A DNA stretch of 30,032 nt from an uncultured bacterium (GCA_963977445.1 CAXBPH010000061.1:1-30032); one strand, 5' to 3'. Positions 9,175 through 18,098 are shown, counted from the first letter of the stretch. Notes: a model not told the origin generated them from the sequence alone. A program made the numbers and translations.

Positions 9175-10278
9175 TCAGGGCATTCGGCGTATGTTGCCTG
9201 GTATCTGAGGGCTATGGGTTTCCGCGCTCTTGATGGCCGCGAAACACAAGGCGAGGCTCTTCAGATTATTGGTGGCACTATGGCTGGGTTCTCGATCGGA
9301 TTCAATGGCACACAGCAACGCGGCCATGGTCCCTTCGAAGCCATTCTTAAACCATTCGCCCGAGAGTTTTGGGCTGGCGACGCCCGATTCCGTAAAGAGG
9401 GTAACTTCCTGGTGACTGAGATCGGGCCCCTGACTCGTGATGGTTCCCCGGCTGCCGACAACGCGACTTACGTCTGCCGCGCCATGGGCGGTGGCCGCAT
9501 CAAAAACTAGGGTCGCCTGGGCGTGCTCATATTCCACGAGGACCTGTCCCAGCATAGGGGGCAGGTTTGTCTGGGTCGTGGTGCGGCTTTCGGAGGCATA
9601 AACCCGCAATGGTGTGGCGTCGCCCATGAAGCAGGTCAACATGTCGAACCAATGGATGGCAAAGTCATAGAGTATAAGGTGGGGAATCTCGTTGAATACC
9701 GTATCTTTGGTCCACGTGTGATCCCAGTGTACCCCAAGGTGAACCGCTTCCACATCGCCAATTAAGCCGGTGGAAATGGCCTGACCCATGTAGCTGAAAT
9801 GGGGGGCCCATCGCCCATTCTGATTGACGGCCAATTTCAGGTTCCGGGCGGTGGCCAATGCGGCCAGCCGTGCCCCTTCATCCAGATCGAGGGTGTAGGG
9901 CTTCTGACTCAGTACATGTTTGCCCGCCATCAGGGCCGCTTCAATCATGGCACCCCGTATTTCAACGTGGGTTGCGATATCCACCACGGTGATGTCGGGT
10001 CGGGCGAGCAACGCATGAAAATCGGTATAGACGGCTCCGTCCGGGGTATAGATGTCGCGCCGTGCACGGGCGGCATCTTCGTTGGTATCGCAGAAAGCGA
10101 CCACCGGAAAACCGGCAGTGCGATAGGCGTCGAGATGATAGGTTGTAATACCCCCACACCCGATAAGGCCCAGTACATGTTGGGACGATTCAGGCCGGGG
10201 CGGTTGATAGGGGAGTGCGGGTGCGTCAATGGCCGTCATACACTGCCCGGAAGACACTTTCAGATCCGATTCACCCAA
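9175..10278 (-). CDS. Gfo/Idh/MocA family oxidoreductase
   Basis: LIGCGGI Rossmann motif, GKHVLSQKP, LAVNQNGRW, DFAIHWFD. The start is TTG 10278 or alternatively ATG 10239. Confidence 0.92.
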   Translation of the reverse strand: MGESDLKVSSGQCMTAIDAPALPYQPPRPESSQHVLGLIGCGGITTYHLDAYRTAGFPVVAFCDTNEDAARARRDIYTPDGAVYTDFHALLARPDITVVDIATHVEIRGAMIEAALMAGKHVLSQKPYTLDLDEGARLAALATARNLKLAVNQNGRWAPHFSYMGQAISTGLIGDVEAVHLGVHWDHTWTKDTVFNEIPHLILYDFAIHWFDMLTCFMGDATPLRVYASESRTTTQTNLPPMLGQVLVEYEHAQATLVFDAATAHGAADVSRVVGSRGTITSQGPDLSHQEVTLFTESGVASPKLSGEWFKNGFEGTMAALLCAIESDREPSHSATNNLKSLALCFAAIKSAETHSPQIPGNIRRMP

Positions 10279-10380
10279 ATTCCCGACCCTTTCGCTGTTT
10301 TAACGTCAATCAACGTTGATTCGGGGTCAGTGTACACGATAAACACGGCAATCGTTCAAGGCCCGTCTACTCGGTTAGAA

Positions 10381-10420
10381 ACAGGGCCGCCCCGACACTT
10401 CCCACCGGAGTGTCGGGGCG
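10381..10420 (-). terminator. Probable intrinsic terminator downstream of the pilin gene
   Basis: Perfect 12-bp inverted repeat CGCCCCGACACT (10388-10399) / AGTGTCGGGGCG (10409-10420). On the minus strand it is followed by GCCCTGTTTCT, a weak U-tract, and lies about 40 nt after the pilin stop. Confidence 0.65.
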
Positions 10421-10460
10421 TAGATGGGTCCCACGTACCCAAAATCTGATAGGGGTTATG

Positions 10461-10886
10461 CTAACCCAATGGAACGGCGGTGGCGTCGGCATCGGCCATT
10501 TCCGCATAGCGAATAACGCCGCTCGTGTCGGTGAAGTAGCCATGATTACCGGTAACACCATAGGATTTAGCGTTGGCATTCACGGAAAAACTATCGCCAT
10601 CACCTACCAATACAAACAGATAGCCGCCACTGGCCGGGTCCCACTCACCATCAAGAAATGACGGTGTCGCCGACGTGAGTTCATCGAATTGGGTGGCAAA
10701 AACGTAGTGGGTGGCCTGATAGGACACTTGTGCGCTGATTACGGTACGTAGATTTCCAATGGCGGCGGATTCGTTGGATTGAACCCGCGAACGCAGAAGG
10801 TTGGGAATCGCGATAGACATGATGATAGCGATAATGGCGACGACTATCATGAGTTCGATTAGGGTAAAGCCGTTGTTTCGTTTCAT
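10461..10886 (-). CDS. Type IV pilin-like protein (prepilin N-terminal cleavage/methylation domain)
   Basis: MKRNNG|FTLIELMIVVAIIAIIMSIAIPNLL class III signal with Glu5 and Pro22; 141 aa; GGAG RBS upstream. Confidence 0.93.
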   Translation of the reverse strand: MKRNNGFTLIELMIVVAIIAIIMSIAIPNLLRSRVQSNESAAIGNLRTVISAQVSYQATHYVFATQFDELTSATPSFLDGEWDPASGGYLFVLVGDGDSFSVNANAKSYGVTGNHGYFTDTSGVIRYAEMADADATAVPLG

Positions 10887-10961
10887 AAGCCAATCTCCAA
10901 GGTTATCAAGAATGTTGGTGTGTAGATTTTTATGATGACTGGTGTCATGCTGAGATCATAG

Positions 10962-10977
10962 AGCAATGGACGTGCCA
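10962..10977 (-). promoter_or_regulatory. Sigma-54 (RpoN) -24/-12 promoter of the pilin gene
   Basis: Minus strand TGGCACGTCCATTGCT matches TGGCAC-N5-TTGCW exactly, with GG-N10-GC spacing, about 75 nt upstream of the pilin ATG. Confidence 0.85.
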
Positions 10978-11062
10978 CAAAGACTAACGTGTTTGATGTC
11001 ATGCGTTTATGAAAATAGTGGCCTAAATAGCGGGTGTTGGGAAGGGAGTAAAGAGCAACCTT

Positions 11063-11091
11063 TGTCGGCCGCGCGTGACATTTTTTGTCAC
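11063..11091. promoter_or_regulatory. Candidate enhancer-binding-protein upstream activating sequence
   Basis: Perfect palindrome GTGACA-TTTTT-TGTCAC (11075-11091) overlapping TGTC-N10-GACA (11063-11080), about 100 bp upstream of the sigma-54 site. Confidence 0.55.
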
Positions 11092-11249
11092 TTGGGTCAA
11101 TTGGTTGGCAAGTATCGCGAGTTGAGTAGACGTCCCGGCAATATGATACTGTAGTCGCCTCCGACACCTGCTGTATGCATAATTCAGTGTGCGTGGTGGA
11201 ATCCTGAATTGTTGTATTGCTGTGCAGTTTGTCGATTGGTAACTCCCTG

Positions 11250-12728
11250 ATGCCCCGAAACTTTATTACGCACCCCTCCTGTGCCCCCGAAGACCTTGGT
11301 ACGCCGCTACCCGACTCGCCCCATGCGACTTCCGTGGCCCTGCCGCTGTGGGATCATGTAGTGGGCTACGAGGAAGGGCGCCCAGAGATTCTCCAGGCCA
11401 TGGCCGTGGGCTACCCCCGTTTTGTGATACACCCCATCGTAGCCCGCCTTTTTGTTGACCTGGAGACACGCTTCGGCCAGCCGGGAGAGCGGTGTCTGGC
11501 TTTTCCATCCCGTGATGCGTCGGATCGTTGCGCCGACTTCCTGGAAAATCGTGGGTGGGCCGTGCGCCAGCACCACGCCGAGGATGGGCCCGGCATCAAC
11601 GTCGTTTTCTTTTCGGAAGAAGCGGCCCTCGATGGTAAGTCCTTCTGGCAGCACTTTGGCAAGATAGTCAGTTCCCGGCGGGCGGAGGCCCTGCTCGAAT
11701 CCGCAGCCACCCCGGAAGGGGGACAGGCCGCGCGGCGTATCCTACGGGAGCGAATCGCAAAATTGACGGGTGAATCGCCTGATAATGTCTGGCTATCTCC
11801 GTCGGGCATGGCCTCTGTCAGCCGTGCCCTGCGGCTCGTCCAGGAGCGCACGCCGGCGGCCAAAAGCATTCAACTCGGTTTTCCCTATGTAGACGTGCTG
11901 AAGATACAAACCGTCAGCGGACCGGGCTCGCATTTCGTGCCCGATTACGATCTTGAAAAAGTTGAGGTACTCCTCAAGGCGGAGCCCATTTGCGCGATCA
12001 TTTGCGAGTTTCCGGGCAACCCCTTACTCCGGGGTTGTAGTCTGTCGGCCCTGAGTAAACTTGCCCGTGCCTATGCCGTGCCCCTTATCGTCGACGATAC
12101 GCCCGCGACCTATTTCAACGTTCAATTGTTTCCCTATGCCGATCTGGTCGCGACCAGCCTCACGAAAGCCTTTTCCGGGGAAGGGGATGTCATGGCGGGG
12201 GCCTTGGTGCTCAATCAATCCAGTCCGTTTTGCGAAGCCCTCACAGACGGGATGAAAGGTGCCCGGGAAGACCTCCTTTGGGATGGTGACGCCCTGGTCC
12301 TCGAAGTCAACTCCCGAGACTTTGAAGCGCGCGTGGCCCAGACAAATCGCACCGCAGAAACATTGTGCGATTGGCTTCGGGAACATCCTGCCGTTGCGGA
12401 AATCTATTATCCCAAATACACGATGAAAGCGGCCTACGATGAAGTGAAGCGCGAAACGGGTGGCTACGGTAGCCTTTTTTCCATCGTGCTACACAACGCA
12501 GCGCAGCATGCTCCCCGATTCTACGACGCGCTCCGCGTCTCAAAAGGACCGAGTCTGGGCAATAACTTTACCCTGGCCTGTCCCTACACCTTACTTGCCC
12601 ATTTCACCGAACTGGATTGGGCGGAGTCCCATGGGGTCTCCCCGAATCTTGTTCGTGTCTCGGTGGGATTAGAATCTATTGAGGACCTCAAGGTACGATT
12701 TGCTGAGGCACTGGACGCCATCGGGTAG
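11250..12728 (+). CDS. PLP-dependent transsulfuration enzyme, long cystathionine gamma-synthase-like type
   Basis: PSGMAS, CEFPGNPLL, IVDDT, SLTK (PLP lysine), KGPSLG, LVRVSVGLE. N-terminal extension LGTPLPDSPHATSVALPLWDHVVGYEEG...GYPRF. Start taken at ATG 11250; the ORF track gives 11217. Confidence 0.85.
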   Translation: MPRNFITHPSCAPEDLGTPLPDSPHATSVALPLWDHVVGYEEGRPEILQAMAVGYPRFVIHPIVARLFVDLETRFGQPGERCLAFPSRDASDRCADFLENRGWAVRQHHAEDGPGINVVFFSEEAALDGKSFWQHFGKIVSSRRAEALLESAATPEGGQAARRILRERIAKLTGESPDNVWLSPSGMASVSRALRLVQERTPAAKSIQLGFPYVDVLKIQTVSGPGSHFVPDYDLEKVEVLLKAEPICAIICEFPGNPLLRGCSLSALSKLARAYAVPLIVDDTPATYFNVQLFPYADLVATSLTKAFSGEGDVMAGALVLNQSSPFCEALTDGMKGAREDLLWDGDALVLEVNSRDFEARVAQTNRTAETLCDWLREHPAVAEIYYPKYTMKAAYDEVKRETGGYGSLFSIVLHNAAQHAPRFYDALRVSKGPSLGNNFTLACPYTLLAHFTELDWAESHGVSPNLVRVSVGLESIEDLKVRFAEALDAIG

Positions 12729-12950
12729 GGGTTTCGTGGGATTGTGGTGCGGCACAGCCCATCACAAAATCGGAATTTCGGACTCATCGACTTCGATTTG
12801 GTGTCTGGGCCCCTCCTCGGGTACCATAGCGCTCTTGATGATTCGCTAAGGCGCATCAACGCGTGACGGATTGGGACGCATCCGCCATATATTTTTTGCG
12901 TGTCGTCGGGGACTTACGCCGAACCGGAAGCCTTGAGTGTCAATGACCGT

Positions 12951-12970
12951 GTTAGCATGTAGTTAGCATG
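12951..12970 (+). promoter_or_regulatory. Tandem direct repeat GTTAGCATG x2 with 11-bp period; candidate winged-helix regulator site
   Basis: GTTAGCATG at 12951-12959 and 12962-12970, 30-50 nt upstream of the MFS start. Confidence 0.45.
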
Positions 12971-12999
12971 CAAGTGGCATTCCCCCTAAGGAGCAGCCT

Positions 13000-14337
13000 G
13001 TGTCTACAGCGATGAAACCCTTGAGCCCCGAGCAAAACGTCTGGCGCTACAAGATCCTGTTTTCTACCTATTTGGCCTACGCTGGTTTTTACCTTGTCCG
13101 GAAAGTCTTCGGCTCGGCAAAGCCCCTGTTGCTTGATCCCGAGGGCGACTACGCCTTTGACGTGCACGGCGTCGCCTATATCTGGACAGCCTATCTCATT
13201 GCCTATATGATCGGTCAGTTCATAAACAGTTTTATTGGCCGAAAGTATGGTCCCCGCACCTTGTTGCTAGGGGGGCTCGGCGTATCCATTGCCATCAATG
13301 TGGTATTTGGTTTTACCAATTCTCTCCCCACATTTATAGCCTTCATGTTTTTCAACGGCCTTGTTCAGGCGGCGGGTTGGCCAGGCGTTGTGGGTGGTAT
13401 TGCCGAGTGGTTGCGCAAGCCCGAACGGGGCAGTATCATGGGGATCTGGTCTACCAACTATCTGCTGGGTAGCGTGATGGTGAAGTCGTTGGCCGGCTTT
13501 ATGCTCTTTCACTACGGCGTGCCCTACGCCTTTTGGGCGTGTACGGTCGCTGCCTTTGTGATTTGGTGGGTAATTTATTTCTGGCAACGGGACAAGCCGG
13601 AAGATGTGGGCCTGACTCCGATTGTGGACCATGATCAAGATACGGACGATAATGCGGTACAAGCCTCCACCGATGAGACGGTAACCTTTCGCGACTATCT
13701 GCGTATCGTGATGAATCCCATTGTGCCGCTCATGGGACTCGCGTATTTTTGTATCAAGTTCCTTCGCTATGCCCTTGATTCCTGGTTGCCTACCTTTCTT
13801 TCCATTCAGGGTATGGAGGTGGACCAGGCGTCCTATTACTCCACTATTTTCGATTATGCCGGACTTGGTGGTGCCATACTTGCAGGTTTCGTGTTGGACC
13901 GGGTATTCAAAGGTCGCTGGGAACGACTTATTCTCTTGATGGGCTTTGGATTGGTCGCGGGCTATCTCACGGTGCTTCAGTATGGCTCCAATCCGGTCAT
14001 GCTGGCCGTGTGTTTTGGCCTCGTGGGATTTATGCTGTACGGACCGGATACCCTGATTTGCGGTGTCGCTGCGGTCATCGTGGCCGGTGAGCGCAATGCT
14101 GTAGCCGTTGCTGGCCTTGTAAATGGTATCGGCAGTATCGGGCCGATTGTACAGGAACTCGTCATTCCCTATCTCATGGAAGGTCGGGAGCCCGCTGAGC
14201 AAATTCGCAATGTGAATATACTCGGCCTGAGTGTTGCGGTGCTCTTCGTGTTTATCATGATATTCCTCTGCTGGCAAGTACAGCGGATCCACGACCGGAA
14301 CGCCGATCGAAAACGTGAAGCGTTGCCCGCGAGCTGA
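13000..14337 (+). CDS. MFS transporter, organophosphate:Pi antiporter (GlpT/UhpC-like) family
   Basis: About 12 hydrophobic segments; YAGFYLVRK, NGLVQAAGWPG, ERGSIMGIWS, KFLRYALDSWLP, FMLYGPD, GLVNGIGSIG. AAGGAG RBS before a GTG start. Confidence 0.88.
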   Translation: MSTAMKPLSPEQNVWRYKILFSTYLAYAGFYLVRKVFGSAKPLLLDPEGDYAFDVHGVAYIWTAYLIAYMIGQFINSFIGRKYGPRTLLLGGLGVSIAINVVFGFTNSLPTFIAFMFFNGLVQAAGWPGVVGGIAEWLRKPERGSIMGIWSTNYLLGSVMVKSLAGFMLFHYGVPYAFWACTVAAFVIWWVIYFWQRDKPEDVGLTPIVDHDQDTDDNAVQASTDETVTFRDYLRIVMNPIVPLMGLAYFCIKFLRYALDSWLPTFLSIQGMEVDQASYYSTIFDYAGLGGAILAGFVLDRVFKGRWERLILLMGFGLVAGYLTVLQYGSNPVMLAVCFGLVGFMLYGPDTLICGVAAVIVAGERNAVAVAGLVNGIGSIGPIVQELVIPYLMEGREPAEQIRNVNILGLSVAVLFVFIMIFLCWQVQRIHDRNADRKREALPAS

Positions 14338-14376
14338 TAAGCTTCAGGTCGGTACCTGTAGAGATTATCGTGTGTC

Positions 14377-14396
14377 GCACTTGCTACAATGACTCC
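14377..14396 (+). promoter_or_regulatory. Putative extended -10 promoter element of the RmlD-like gene
   Basis: GCACTTGCTACAATGACTCC (TG-C-TACAAT), about 50 nt upstream of ATG 14440. Confidence 0.6.
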
Positions 14397-14439
14397 GTCG
14401 CCACGCGGATTGGCCGCCGTGCAAACCCATGGATATAAC

Positions 14440-15324
14440 ATGAGCAAACGTATACTTGTTACCGGTGCCAGCGGTTTTGTGGGTGGCAGTGTCTTGAACT
14501 TCGCCCCCGAAGACTGGGAAATCCATGCGTGCAGCCGGGGCCCACTGCCCAAAGCATCGGCCCGGATTGCCCACCACCAATTTGACCTTGCGGACAAAGA
14601 GAAGACCAGTGAGGTGGTTGCCACGGTCAATCCCGATGCAATTATTCACATTGCGGCCATCGCCAATATCGATTACTCGGAACAGCACTCCGACGAGGCG
14701 ATGGCGATGAACACCGAAGTGACGGGCTGTCTCGCGGGCCTCGCGCAGGAACATGGTGTGCGCTTTGTTTTTTGCTCTACCGACAATGTTTTCGACGGAG
14801 AAATGGGAAACTACGAAGAGACCTACCCCGTTTCTCCCGTCAACTTTTACGGACGCACCAAGGTGGCCGCCGAGGTCCTGGTCCATGAGCGGGTGAAGGA
14901 TGCGGTGATTGCACGGGTTGCTCTGGTGATTGGAATGCCCATTATGGGGTCAGGTAACTCCTTCCTGGTGAAAATGGAAGAGAGTCTCCGGGCGGGGCAG
15001 TGCATCCAGATACCTGAAAACGAAGTGCGGTCGCCCGTAGACGTTATCACCCTTGGAAAAAGCCTGCTGGAACTCGCCGGGAATAACTACCAGGGGGTCA
15101 TCAATATATCGGGTACCACCGCGCTGAACCGGTACGAAATGGCGAAGAAGATAGCGGCAAAGCTGGGGTACGCTACCGAATTGGTAAAGGCTATCAATTC
15201 CAATGCCATGGAAGGCCGGGCACGACGTCCCGATGATGTGTCCCTCGACAATGCGCTGGCCCGTGAGGTGCTGAATACGCCCATGCGCACGTTAGACGAG
15301 GCATTGGACCTTATCTTTCCCTGA
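14440..15324 (+). CDS. Extended SDR, dTDP-4-dehydrorhamnose reductase (RmlD)-like
   Basis: ILVTGASGFVG, IIHIAA, STDNVFDG, YGRTK, RSPV, RPDDVSLD. ATG 14440 is preferred over 14389. Confidence 0.88.
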   Translation: MSKRILVTGASGFVGGSVLNFAPEDWEIHACSRGPLPKASARIAHHQFDLADKEKTSEVVATVNPDAIIHIAAIANIDYSEQHSDEAMAMNTEVTGCLAGLAQEHGVRFVFCSTDNVFDGEMGNYEETYPVSPVNFYGRTKVAAEVLVHERVKDAVIARVALVIGMPIMGSGNSFLVKMEESLRAGQCIQIPENEVRSPVDVITLGKSLLELAGNNYQGVINISGTTALNRYEMAKKIAAKLGYATELVKAINSNAMEGRARRPDDVSLDNALAREVLNTPMRTLDEALDLIFP

Positions 15325-15346
15325 ACACCTGTGGGCATGCCAGAAA

Positions 15347-16630
15347 CTACGAGGCGTCCTTGATGCGTCGCAGTGCTTTCCAATAGGCCGCCTGCAGATA
15401 AAATATCCCGCAGCTTGAAACGTGCTCGGGGTCGAGGCGTGCTATCGCCTGGTTCAGCAAGTCCGCTTGTTCTGCGGGAAAGGGCCGATCTTCCTGCATG
15501 AGTTGGGTTAAGGCCGCCTCACCACTTTCCCGGATGCAATACCAGACTTTACGGTAGCGGCCTTCGGAAGAGAGCCCCTCGTCGTTTCTCCAGTCCGTAC
15601 ACCGCATCGTCAAGTCCAGATTGCCGGCACGAGCTCCTGCCGACGCTGCCCGGTCTTCGCACTGTTCGGAAACCCGAGTCATGAGCGTATTCATCTTTTC
15701 CTTCAGGCCCGGGTCCTGCTCCAGGGTGGACAGTAGCTCCAGCGAAGCCTGCATTTGCTGCAGGGCATAGGTGGGCTGTCCGTTGGTCACCGTGAAGGAC
15801 TGTTCAATCGCAGGTTCCAGATAGTGGCGATAGAGGTTATAATATTCCTGCTTTCCAGTCACGTCCCAGGTAGCCCCGTATATCATCGGCAGGCGGGCGG
15901 CTTCGTGCCCCTGGACGTTCCACATGCGGCTGATGCCTCGGGTGTCCCGTGAACCATCGGCCCGCAGGGAGTCAAAATCGTTTTCCGCGATCACATTTCG
16001 GGTCATCCGGTCTGCTATGCCCGAAAGCAGGGTGCCAATGCGTTCCCGGGTTGTTTCGCTGCACAGGGGACTGCGGGCATAGAGCCATAGTCCATGGACG
16101 GCGTGGGTGTATTGATCCCGTGAGCTGTTTGGATACACGCTCTGCAAGTCTTCCGCGCAGACGGCCCGAGCCAGAAAACCCGGTACGCCGTGGGCTGTGG
16201 CACACCGTTCGATGCCCTTGAAGACCTGGAACGCACCTTTCCGCAGCGTTTCCTCCCGGGTCACGGCGTATTTGTCCACAATGAGCGAAAGCATAACACC
16301 CGCCGATATCATCCCATCTTCCATACCCGTGTCATAACCACACTCGTTGGGATATTGCCGTTGGACTTCGGCGGCGGTTGGGAGGTGCGCCAATTCTTTA
16401 CCGGGCTCATAACTCGAAAGGTAGTCGTAAAACAGGTTGGTTTTCGGCAGGTAGAATCGACTCCAGGTCACGTCCCAGAGGCCGTCGACCCGTTGGGCCA
16501 CTTCGGCCGCCGAAGGCCCGTTTTTCGCAATGCCATCTTGGGATGCAGGGGGAGTGTCTTGAGCTTCCGTGGCCATCGATGCAAGGGGATGAAGAAGGAG
16601 GAGTAGTGCCAGAAGTATAGGGCGTGTCAT
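15347..16630 (-). CDS. Secreted hypothetical protein, possibly an (alpha/alpha)-barrel enzyme
   Basis: Clear signal peptide (MTRPILLALLLLLHPLASMA); helix-rich pattern; motifs GMEDG, GVPGFLAR and SSRDQYTH. I recognise no family with certainty. Confidence 0.75.
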   Translation of the reverse strand: MTRPILLALLLLLHPLASMATEAQDTPPASQDGIAKNGPSAAEVAQRVDGLWDVTWSRFYLPKTNLFYDYLSSYEPGKELAHLPTAAEVQRQYPNECGYDTGMEDGMISAGVMLSLIVDKYAVTREETLRKGAFQVFKGIERCATAHGVPGFLARAVCAEDLQSVYPNSSRDQYTHAVHGLWLYARSPLCSETTRERIGTLLSGIADRMTRNVIAENDFDSLRADGSRDTRGISRMWNVQGHEAARLPMIYGATWDVTGKQEYYNLYRHYLEPAIEQSFTVTNGQPTYALQQMQASLELLSTLEQDPGLKEKMNTLMTRVSEQCEDRAASAGARAGNLDLTMRCTDWRNDEGLSSEGRYRKVWYCIRESGEAALTQLMQEDRPFPAEQADLLNQAIARLDPEHVSSCGIFYLQAAYWKALRRIKDAS

Positions 16631-16785
16631 GCTGAGAATATTCCGTCTTTGTGGCTTGTGTCGCCAGATGGGTAGATAATTTTCAACGATGGCATGTCAG
16701 GCTTGTGGAGATCAACCAATTGGTCTTGGTGATTCAGAAACAGCCATGGATTTATCGAGCAACTATGGCGATGAGCCCCACCGCT

Positions 16786-16794
16786 TGCTATACT
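16786..16794 (+). promoter_or_regulatory. Putative extended -10 of the DegT-family gene, flanked by a 9-bp inverted repeat
   Basis: TGCTATACT lies between CCCCACCGC (16776-16784) and GCGGTGGGG (16807-16815). Confidence 0.45.
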
Positions 16795-16910
16795 GCTCTT
16801 GGAATGGCGGTGGGGGATAGACTGCCTGAATATACAAACCTTTTAATGTGCGCCCTGTGTTTTTTTTGATCAATGTCCATGCCGGGACTGTTTTTTCAAA
16901 GGATTATCGA

Positions 16911-18098
16911 ATGAACGACGAACTTACCATAAAATTTGGTAGCCAATACGGTCAGGAAGAAGAAGCCGCGGTGCTACGTGTGTTGCGAGAGAATGCTCCG
17001 ACCAGTGGCAATGCCTGCGTGGCCTTTGAGGAAGAGTTCGCGGCTTATTGTGGTACCCGATATGCGCGTGCCGTCAGCAATGGTACGGCCGCATTGTTTC
17101 TATCTATGATTGGTCTCGGTATTAAACCCGGTGACCGCGTTATCACTACCCCAATGACCTGGATTGCCACCGCTGCCGCGCCGGTGACGCTCGGTGCCGA
17201 AATTGATTTCGTCGACGTGGACCCGGTGACCTATAACCTCGACCCTGCACAGCTGGAAGCCGCCATTACGCCAGAAACGAAGGCTATTATTCCCGTGCAC
17301 CTCTATGGGCAATGCGCCAATATGGATGCTATCCTGGCCATTGCGCAGAAGCATGGCATTCCGGTCGTAGAAGACGGTTGTCACGCCATCGGCGGTTCCT
17401 ACAAGGGTCGTATGGCCGGTTCCATGGGGGCCACCGGCTGTTTCAGTTTTCACGAGCAAAAGAATATCTCCACCCTGGGAGAAGGCGGCATGGTCGTGAC
17501 GAATGACCCGGAGATCTTCGAGCGGGTATCGCTGTACCGTTCTCATTGCACACGGGTTCACGGGGGCAATACCAAATACTGCGCATTGGATCCGGAAAAG
17601 TTTCCCATGGACAAGAAGTTCTGGTGGCAGGACTTTGACGACACGGGCTACAACTACCGCATGATGGATATTCAGGCGGCGGTTGGCTCGGAGCAACTGA
17701 AAAAAGTGGACGTGCTCAATCAACGACGTATTGACAATGCCGCCTATATGACGGAAGGATTGAAGGAGGTCGTTGGTTTGTCTTTGCCGACCGTCATGCC
17801 AGAACACAAGCATGTATTCCATCTATACCCTGTGCGCATCGACCCCGCCGTATTCGGCATGTCGAAAGAAGACTTCATTTACACCATGCGCCATGACAAA
17901 GGTATTCAGATCGGATTTCACTATATTCCTCTGCACTGGTCCACCGCGTTTCAGAACCGAGGTTTCAAACGGGGCCAGTTTCCCGAGGCCGAATCCATGG
18001 CCGAAACGGTCGTCACCTTCCCCATAAACCCACGGCAATCCAAAGAGTCTCTCGACTACTTGATTGATGCAGTACGGGGCGTTGCAGGGAATGCGTAG
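16911..18098 (+). CDS. DegT/DnrJ/EryC1/StrS family PLP-dependent sugar aminotransferase
   Basis: AVSNGTAAL, IIPVHLYG, VEDGCHA, SFHEQKNISTLGEGG (PLP lysine), GYNYRM, HVFHLY, HYIPLH. ATG 16911 is preferred. Confidence 0.93.
   Translation: MNDELTIKFGSQYGQEEEAAVLRVLRENAPTSGNACVAFEEEFAAYCGTRYARAVSNGTAALFLSMIGLGIKPGDRVITTPMTWIATAAAPVTLGAEIDFVDVDPVTYNLDPAQLEAAITPETKAIIPVHLYGQCANMDAILAIAQKHGIPVVEDGCHAIGGSYKGRMAGSMGATGCFSFHEQKNISTLGEGGMVVTNDPEIFERVSLYRSHCTRVHGGNTKYCALDPEKFPMDKKFWWQDFDDTGYNYRMMDIQAAVGSEQLKKVDVLNQRRIDNAAYMTEGLKEVVGLSLPTVMPEHKHVFHLYPVRIDPAVFGMSKEDFIYTMRHDKGIQIGFHYIPLHWSTAFQNRGFKRGQFPEAESMAETVVTFPINPRQSKESLDYLIDAVRGVAGNA

Noticed and set aside
14371..14385. TTGCT in the shared promoter motif as a sigma-54 -12 box
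   Set aside because: There is no GG at the -24 position here or in the copy upstream of the LOX-DM13 gene, so an extended -10 fits better.
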